DNA of 64,000 nucleotides. Source: Leucoraja erinacea (taxonomy: Eukaryota). The notes beneath the pieces were generated by a model. That model was not told where the DNA came from and searched no databases. It worked only from the letters and a program-made list of their open reading frames with translations. Shown here piece after piece: positions 39,301 through 49,300 of the stretch. The stretch lies in assembly GCF_028641065.1 (NCBI RefSeq), contig NC_073399.1:18972001-19036000 (forward strand), read 5' to 3'. How positions within the stretch are numbered: position 1 is the stretch's first letter; each line of letters begins with the position of its first letter. The translations under genes and the position numbers were made by a program.

Positions 39301-40307
39301 GATAATCACAATAAATGTTTTTATTGATGGTCAGTCTGGATTGCTAATCCAAAATTTCAAGAATTAATTATTTATCTCTGATAATTTCCAGTACTTTTTG
39401 TTTAAATTTAAATATCAAATAAATGTATTTGATTCCAGGTAAAGGGTCTCCTCCTCGAAGAACGTTCAGTATGCAGTAGTTTCAATTTTCATACTATAAT
39501 AACCTTTTAATTGCACCTTGTGTTAATTGGTTCCAACTAAAAACTGGATGGAGATTGACAAACTAATTCTATGTCTAGGTGTGTTATTCTGAAGTAATGA
39601 GATATTTCTGTTTGCTTTTTTTAGAACAGCAGTTTTCTGGATGAGAGCTGGCTCCTTCCAGTAAGTATAGGTATTTCTGACTCAAATGTATAATTAAAGG
39701 GAATGGCAGCAACCTCTGCAATGTGTTGCTCAAGATCAACATGGAATGATGTGGAAAGTAATGCCTAGAAATTGGTCATTTCTCTACCTTGTCTTTACCA
39801 GCTTTTACATTCTAATGACTTTTGTATTCAACAAGGGTCAAAAAGTTTATTCTAGCACAAATATCAAACTGCTGGAGGAACTCAGTGAGTCAGAGGCAGC
39901 ATCTGTGAAGGGGAATGGACGGATTACATTTTGGGTCAGGATCCTTCAGTCTGTCCATTTCCTTCAGCGGATGCTGCCTGACCCGCAGCATATAAAAGGC
40001 ATGCTCAATTGGGTTCAGATCGGGTGATTGACTTTGGCCACTCAAGAATTGACCATTTTTTAGCTTTGAAAAACTCCTTTGTTGTTTTAGCAGTATGTTT
40101 GGGATCATTAGCAGTATGTTTGGGATCATTGTCTTGCTGTAGAAAGAACTGCCGGCCAATGATTTTTGAGGCATTTGTTTGAACTTGAGCAAATAGAATG
40201 TGTCTATATATTTCTGAATTCATGAAGCTACTACCATCAGCAGTTGTATCATCAATGAAGATAAGTGAGCCAGTACCTTCAGCAGCCATACATTCCCAGG
40301 CCATAAC

Positions 40308-40343
<36 letters not shown>

Positions 40344-43300
40344 ACCACCGTGTTTTCACAGATGTGGTGGTATGCTTTGGATTTTGGGCAGTTCATTCTC
40401 TCCTCCATACTTTGCTCTTGCCATCACTCTGATATGTTAATCTTCATCTCCTTTGTCCACAAGACCTTTTTCTAGAACTGTGGTTGCTTTTTTAAGTACT
40501 TCTTGGCAAACTGTAACCTGGCCATCCTATTTTTGCAGCTAACCAGTGGTTTGCATCTTGCAGTGTAGCCTCTGTATTTCAGTTCATGAAGGCTTCTGCT
40601 GACAGTGGTCATTGACAAATCCACATCCGAGTCCTGAAGAGGGTTTCTGATCTGTCAGACAGGTGTTTGGGGATTTTTCTTTATTATAGAGAGAATTTTG
40701 TCATCAGATCAAGCTCTTCCTTGGTCTGTCAGTTCCCTTTGTGACTAGTAAGCTCACCAGTGCTCTTTCTTGTCTCCAACAGTTTTATTCTTGTTTCTCA
40801 GTCTCATAATGGCTTCATTGACCTTCATTGGCACAATTTTGATCCTCATGTTGATAAACAACAATAAAAGTTTCCAACGGTGATAGAAAGACTGGATGAA
40901 AGACTAGTTGCTGAGAACTCTCTTATACAGCATTAAGGAGGCAATTAAACTCACCTGAGCAATTACAAATGCCTGTGAAGCCATGTGCCCCAAACATTAT
41001 GGTGCCCTGAAATGGGGGGACTAAGTATAAACACAGGTATAATTTTTACCTGGTGAAACCAAAATATATTAAAAAAACTTTTAATAAAATCTGATAAATG
41101 TGCACCACATGCGGTTTATTTATTTTTTATTTTTTCCTTTTTTTTTCTCTATTACAAATTTCAAATTGTTGAGTACAGAGGCAAATAAATAAATGATTGG
41201 TTTTTGTCCCAAACATTATGGAGGACACCGTATTTAGGTCATTAAAATTTCAGCCTAACCTACTGAGCATTTGCACAATATTTTGCTTTAGTCATTTGGT
41301 TTCCAAGAGCAATAACCGAGTAATGATCTTGTGCCTCTTGCTACATTGGCCAAATATACTGAGACCAACTGTGGTATCACCAATGCAGATAAGTTAATAC
41401 ATTCAGCAGGAATTAAAGCCGGGAGTTTCTTGTTTGTATATCTGTAGGCTTCCTGCAACTACATCTAAAACATATTCAATTCTATTTTTGTACATTAACC
41501 TCCGGAATTCCCGAGGGTGATGGGTAACTTGTTTCTTGCTGCCTATGTGCTTGTGTTAACTCCAATTTGCAATAGCCCATGTAAGAGACTATTAGATAAA
41601 TTTAAGTGGTAACAAAAGGTTTGAAAAAAGTGTATTGGATCTACTTTACTCTCCCATTCCTTGATTTGCAGTTCTACTACACATTAAACTTCAAATCTAT
41701 TTAACCTTTAACTCAAAAGCTTTTGGGAGCAGAGGGGTGTACTGTATTATGCACTCTGAGGAGTTGACTAATCCAGATTTGTTCTTGCACAGGTGTGCGA
41801 GATGTATAACACGGTCCCTTGTCGAGAGCTGGGAATGGTACTCTGGTAAGCGGCAACTTTGCAAGAGAGGCCTCACCAAGAAATATGAATTGATTGAATT
41901 GTATGTTGCAATGATCTCTTTCTGTGCTGTAACCATTCAATGATTCAGTCCCTATAATGATGACTACAGTGAAAAGTGGAAATTACAATGCAGTGCAGTG
42001 GGGGGGGGGGGGCACGGTGGTGCAGTGGTAGAGTTGCTGCCTTACAGCACCATAAACTCGGGTTAGATTTTGACTACAGGTGCTGTCTGGCAGAGTTTGT
42101 ATGTTCTCCTTGTGACCACATGGGTTTTCTCTGGGTGCTCAGTTTCCTCCTATACTCCAAAGGCGTAAAGGTTTGTAGGTTAATTGGCTTCCGTAAAATA
42201 TTGTAAATTGTCCCTTGTGTGCAGGATAATGCTAGTGTACGGGGTTATTGCTGGTAGGCCGGTCTCAGTGGGCCGAAGGGCCTGTTTCTGCTCTGTATCT
42301 CTAGAGTAAAGTATTTAATCGTGAGTCTTAGTGCCTGGAGGTTCGTAAATAACTAGAAAATGCCCCTAACTTCAAGAATATCAGAATTTTCTGGGCTTAA
42401 GTGTAAAGATTCTAGACTTGTCTATAAGAGTGACGGTGAAATAAAAAAACTATTTGGTGATCTGGTGGTTTAATGCTGAGACATTAGAAAAAAATTGTGC
42501 CTACTGACAGCTGGCATTTCCTTACAGGTACACTGGTGGCCGTATTTTTGTAACGGAGGTTATTGCGGGAAGTCAAGCTGAAGCAGATGAATGTGTCCAG
42601 GCAGGAGACATTATCGACGAAATTAATGGCGTTGCTTTGAGAAATGCCAAAGGGGGAGAAGTACGTGCCTCTTGCTCATTGTCAAAGAATGGCATCTGTC
42701 CTACACAGCATGTGTTTGTCTTCATTGTTGTACTCCTAGTGCCATTGATCTGGAGTTAAATCTCAGGTCTGCAGTAACAGTTTACTCCTTCAGTTTCTCC
42801 ACCCACGGGTTATCGTGTTTCGGTTCATTCATAAGACGTGGCAATCATCAGCAAGGCTGTTATTTGTTAGTGATCTTCAAATACCTTCAAGATAGCCCCA
42901 CACCTTCAACCACTGCAACCCTTGTCAACCAGATAACCAATGATACCCAGTATCACTGCTGCAAATTAACTTCCACCTAATGGTCACGTCGCACAGACAC
43001 ATCTGCACTTTAGTCTGTTTGAACTGTTTTGACTATTTTACTGTTGTAATGTTCTTTTTACAAACCATGTTCTCGGGGTATCTAAATTTTATTAGTTATT
43101 TAAATTATGACATTGGATGGAAGCTGCATACCAAATCTCGTTGTGCTTATGTGCAATGACAATAAAATATAATATTATTATTATTATTATTATGCTAATA
43201 CGTTTGAGAATTATTATCCAGTTTAGTAAGTGAGTGATTAAATGTAACAACATGTTTGATCCAGTCAATAACTTTGTCTTGGTCCATCACAAAGCCAGGT

Positions 43301-46300
43301 TTGATGTTCAGTCTGACCCACTGCAGCTCAAGAAGTTTCTTTGAAGAATTTAGCGAAGATTCTGACGACTGCAGTGGCACTATTGAGAGCATAGCCTCTG
43401 AGTGAAGAGATCTCATTCTGGTTAAGTTTCTTACAATGTTCAATATATTGTACCTCAGGAGAAAAATATTTCCTTTGGAGGGCTGCAGTATCAATTCAGT
43501 AGGATAGTACTGAGGCTTAGACAGTTACTTTCAAGCTGGGTTGCTAAGCTCAGCATTGATTCCAATGACTATTGAAATTGGAGGTTGATATGATCAGGTT
43601 GTATAACATTAAAATAATTCCATAGAGTAGACACGATACATTGGATTCATACTTGAACTATGATTCTCTCTCTGAAAACGGAATCTTTTTGTGGATGCTG
43701 GGCATTAATTGAAGTTTGAGTATTCTTAGATAAGGGATTCAGTGATGAAGCAGCAGAGGTGAGTAACTCCTGAAGTACATATTAACAATGATGGTGATGG
43801 AGACCAGAAGAAGTGAACAGCCAATTCCAATTCCTAAGTTTCCATGCTGAGGATGGGTTTACTTGTGAAGAGTGTGCTTAAATACCTGAGAGTTTCAGTA
43901 ATTTATCCAATATAAGAGACCCCAGGAGAAGGATAATGAGAGGAATTCCCGAGGAAGTTGAGAGGGCAAAATAAAGGGATATGGTCACATGGTGATTCAT
44001 TTACTAGAGTTGCAACCAGAAGTACAAAGAAATCTGAGTTTGAATTCTATCATGGGAGCTGGGTATTCAAATTGAATTAAATGCATTGAATTAGAAAGTT
44101 ATTTATTTTTAAGAAGGAACTGTAGATGTTGGAAAATCGAAGGTAAACAAAAATGCTGGAGAAACTCAGCGGGTGAGGCAGCATCTATGGAGCGAAGGAA
44201 ATGGGCAATGTTTTGGGTCGAGACCCTTCTTCAGACTGCTTCTTAATTAGAAAGTTAAGTTGGTCTCAGTAACGATGATCACGGAACACCCACATTTTTG
44301 TTAAAAGTCCATCATTCATGGATTTCCCTTGAGGTAGTTAACCTGTCCAGTCTACCAGTCTACCAGTGACCCCAGACCCACCAATCTCGTTGAGTCTTAG
44401 TTGTCTTTTCATTGCGTCCTCTGAGCATTCCTTTTCAAAACTTGTTATTTTTCTGACCATGCCCTTTCCATTTGTTGCTGTGATTACTTCAGGCTCAAAC
44501 AGTTTTACAGAAACTTCGAGGAAAGCCGTTAAGTTTCCGCATGATTCACTGGAAATGGCACGATGGGTCGGTTTACAGACCCATGCTGCCTCATCTCCAG
44601 CTGATGCAGAAAGAGTTCCCTGACTTTCAGCTTCGATATGATACCAAATCAAACAAAGAGATGTCAGAAGACAGGCTGCAAGATGACAGGTGAGAATCTA
44701 ACCAACTCAAAGCTCGTTCTCATACCTGTGACTTTGGAGATACAGTGCGGGAACAGACCCTTTGGCCCACCAAATCCACATTGAACACTGACGACACCGT
44801 ACACTAACACTATACACACTAGGGACAATTTTACCGAAGCCAATTAACTGACAAACCTGTAAATCTTTGGAGTGTGAGAGGAAACCCATGCGGTCGCTGG
44901 GAGACAACACCAACTTTGTACAGACAGTACCCATAGTCAGGATCGAACGCGGGTCTCTGGCACTGTAAGGCAGCCACTACCACTGCCCACTGATTCTCTT
45001 AACTCTTGAAGGCCATAGCTAGCAGTGCACTTGGTTTACAGGCAAATTGGTTGGTTTCCCGATCATCAATCTGGCTTGATCCAAATAAAACTCATTCCCT
45101 TCCTGTCCGTCCAAATTCTGCCATTGTTTTGGTAAATAAAATGCCAGATAATTATCACCTTTAATCCTCTTAAACTATCCCATCACTTCTCCATTTTCAA
45201 CTCCCAAGGCATGAAGACTCTGTATCTCTTCTCAAAGACTGACTGTACTACCATAGCTGCCTCCACACCAGTCCATACTATTCCATTGAATCGTGTGGGC
45301 TAGCTTGAGTGATTTTGATTTGAAGTTGGGTGTGGTGGCATTTGGTGCTGAAAACACCAATCCACCTGTTAGATCAGCATTAATCGGCACCGAGCATCAT
45401 CCTGTACTGGCCAGTTTGAATTTATTTTATTTTTCTCATGGATTAATGGGCCCCAAGGGAGAGAGTTTAAACATGGACATGCTTGGTGTGGTTTAATGCT
45501 GAGGTTTTTGTGGATGCACTACTGAGGATTTTCTTTCTGCTGCAGGTTGCTGTATTCGCTGCGGTACTTGGGCCAGGTGAACATTGGAATGGTAAACACA
45601 GTTAGCAGTGAGTTGTCTGTGCTCCCCACTAATAAACAATAATTGCGGTGCTACATCAGGGAGCTTGGAGTCGGCACATGGGGCAGTTTTTGTTCCACAA
45701 ATGTTGAGGGGCTAAACGTAACTTTTTTAGTGAACTAGATTATGGAACTTCTCCAGCAGTTGTGTGATGCTACAGCAGGCATTTTGGGAAAAAATCTGTG
45801 TTAAATGCAATCAAGTGCTTTGTACATCACCAGCACATCTCCCAGCTTCGAATCTCAATACATCGTGCACAGCATGGTGATCACTGGGCTTCCACAGGGA
45901 TGTCAAATAACTTCAACAATGCTTCAGGTAGTCCCGTGTGAAATGTGACCATGTTACCAGATCAGTGAACAGCGAGTGCCTTGTACACTGATTAAGATAA
46001 TGAGAAAGTTCTGAGGAGATAACTAAATGTGATGAAGGGGAAAATGTAGAAGCAGTGTTTTTGGTTTTCTAGAAGGCATTTGATTAGGTTCCATATCAAA
46101 GGTTACTGATAATGCAAGTTGTGTGAAGTCGGACGCAATATAGCTGCTGGAGCTGATAAGCAGAAAACAGAGTCCAGATGTATCGATGATTGTCAGTATG
46201 TTTGCTTCCACAAAACTGCTCTGTTATTTCAATTGGAGCTCTCCCATGCACGGGGCAATCTCAGTCAGTGCAGCACTGATCATCTCCCCGACCCCTCCCT

Positions 46301-49300
46301 GCATCGTGACATTTCAGGTTGAAACCCTTCTTCAGACCCGTAATGTCACCTATTGCTTTTCTCCAGAGATGTTGCCTGACCCGCTGAGTTACTCCAGCAT
46401 TTTGTGTCTATCTTTGGTGTAAATCAACATCTGCAGTTCCTTCCCATACTGTCACTCTGTCAGACGGATTTCTGGATTGAACTGGCTCTTGGCTGCAAGG
46501 TGGCAGTTAGTAATGGAATACAGTGTCATCCTGAATTCATACAGTAAAGGCTAACAATATCATCATCTCCAAGTTCTGTGTGGGTTATAATAACACCCCA
46601 TGTCAGCAGAGGTGTGAGAAGGGTGGATCAGCTCGAAGACCTCATCTTGTGTAAGACGGCGTAATTTATTTTAGGTGAGATATTGGGTGTCGGATAACGG
46701 TGCAGAAAGGTACAGAAATGTACCTTGGCATTAACCATTTTGCTGAAGTAAGATGCACATGGGGAAAAAAATGAAATGGCTTCAGCATAACCAAGTCCAT
46801 TAAACTCTGAGAGCTAAGTACGTAATTGTACATTAAATGCTGTTTGCCTTAACTACCTGAAGTAAGGATATGACTGCATGGTTTAGTAGGTACTAAGGTC
46901 CGACTATCTTGATCATAACCGGTTAACTATATTATGCTTTTGAATGTGTTTTGCATGAAGCAGCCTGAGGAACGGTGTACAGAAATGGCTAACAGTATTT
47001 TTTCTCACAGTATGGCGGAAAGGAAGTACTGGATGAAGGCATTGAGAAGGTCCTGCAGCAAAATCTAGTACCACAGGTAAGATCATCCAATGATTAATAA
47101 ATAAATAACAGAGAAATGAGACCCAAATGTTGTGTCTTTACGGTGCCTCTGATACCAAATATTAGGCAGGTAGATGCACAGGGGCCACTGCCAGGTCCAA
47201 CTTTCCCATCAAGCTGGGCTGATCTGGATACATTTCACTTCCCTTCACCATCCACAGGCAACGTTACTGCAGCAAGTTCAAGAACGCAACCCCCTAACCA
47301 TTTCTCCAGTGCTGCGTAGTGGGCAGTTTTGTAGCGTAATAGATGAGTGGGAGTGAGAAGAACACTGCTGGGGGAACGAGGTCAAGTCTTACTAACTCCA
47401 ACTTGTGTAAGGGTTACATTCCTTACGGAGTCAAGGGATACGGGGAGAAGTCGGGAACGGGGTACTGATTGTGAATGATCAGCCATGATCAGTGAATGGT
47501 GGTGCTGGCTCGAAGGGCCAAATGGCCCACTCCTGCACCTGTTGTCTATTCTGTTGTTACATACATCGGAAACTGAAGTGCTACTGCGCACGCGGAAATT
47601 CAACGGGTTCACGTGGAAGCAAGCGCGCGAACAGCTAACTGGCTTGTGGAAACGGCCACATGCGACAGCAGCAGTGCACTACTACCGAGCTTAAAGAATT
47701 GCTTCCATAAGTGCGAGTTTACGCAAGTCGCCTATTATGTAAATTGAAGAGTTCTTGTATTGCGTGCGGTTCTGATCGCCCAAATACAGGAAGCATGTGG
47801 AGGCTTTGGAAAGGTGCAAAGTGGGTTTACCAGAATTACGCCTGGATTAGGGGGTATTAGCTACAAGGAGAGGTTCGTCAGACTTGGGTTGTTTATTATG
47901 GAAACAGTGGAGGTCTTTAGGGCAAGATGCAGACTCCTGCAATTCCTTGCAAAAAATAATCTGGGAAGTAGTCAATTCTGGGGGAAAATGGTACCTTGTA
48001 GCAAGTTCTATTGATGGCAGTAATGTTTTAACTCCATCCATTTTGTTTGTCTCTATTAGGAGGTGTTGCTCGATGTGAAGGAAACAGAAGTGATTAGTAT
48101 GGAAAACTCCACACAGGTAACGGGTTCATTGTCTCCATGGCAAAGTTTAAAAACTGATTGTTTAAGTTGAAATATTGATCATGTGCCTATTGGGGTGAGG
48201 GGTGGTATAACATGGGGTATCAAACATTCCTAAAACAGAATCAATAGTCAAATAGTTCCCACTGTCATGTTCTGCAAATCATTCCCAGGAAAGGTATAGG
48301 TGGGTTAGATGGAGAAGAAAGAGACCTCTACATTGTGCACTCCTGGTTTTTCTAGCTGCTCTCCCATCCCTACTCTAGCCAGATACTCATTTTCTAATTT
48401 TGTTGCAACCGTTGTAGGGGTTTTATGTCGGATTTCTCGACAATGCAAATGCAAACAAGTTTGAGGATGGTCAGCCTTGTCAGTTCTGATTTGCTCTCAT
48501 TGATATTTCAGGTGCTCTTTCATCATCATTACCCTGAAATTGCTTCGGTGGGACAACGGCTCGACAGGCGGGCCCTCTTTGCTTACTGTGTGGCGTAAGT
48601 GACAACCGCTGATTAAGTCTTGGACCCTGAGCCTCAGTGGTGGATGGATAGCCTGAAGGGCAGTGCAGCAGCCAGGCACCCTTGCCAGGACAGTGGTGTC
48701 AACCAGTGTGCAAAGAAAACATCATGGTCATCTGTGGCTCCACCCCCCTCTCCGTATCCACGGTCTCCTTTGCCAGGGAATTGCCCAGTGCAGCAGCCCT
48801 TGCCCCTCCCCAGCAGCTCCTGCCTTGCCCAGCAGCTGTAGCCATAGCTTTTTAATTTGAACCCCACTTCCAGAATTTTGAGCACATGGTTTAGACTGAT
48901 ACTGAGCCGTAGAGTGATGCAGCATGAAAACGGGCCCTTCAGCCTACCCTGTCCATGATGACCAAGTTGGCTGATCCATTTGCCTAAATTTAGCCCATAT
49001 CCTTCCAAACCTTTACTAGCCAAGTGTCTATTGAAAGTTGCAATTGTATCCGCGTCTATAGCTTCCTTTGGCAGCCCGTTTCAGATTTGAACCGGTCTCT
49101 GAGTGAAGATGTAACCCCTGAGGTACCACTTAAACCTTTCCACTCTCCCATTAAGCCTATGCCCTCTAGGTTTTGAATCCTCTATCCTACCATTTCTAAT
49201 TTCTGCACCATTTGCAACTTTATTACATCCTTCCTATAGCTGGGTGACCAAAACTGCACTCAATCATTCAAGTGAAGTCTAATGCAGAAATTGTAGCATG

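Noticed and set aside
42010-42090. tRNA gene-like sequence (also at 58046 and 19826)
   Set aside because: A/B-box heads continue into a shared SINE body and tail; no full cloverleaf
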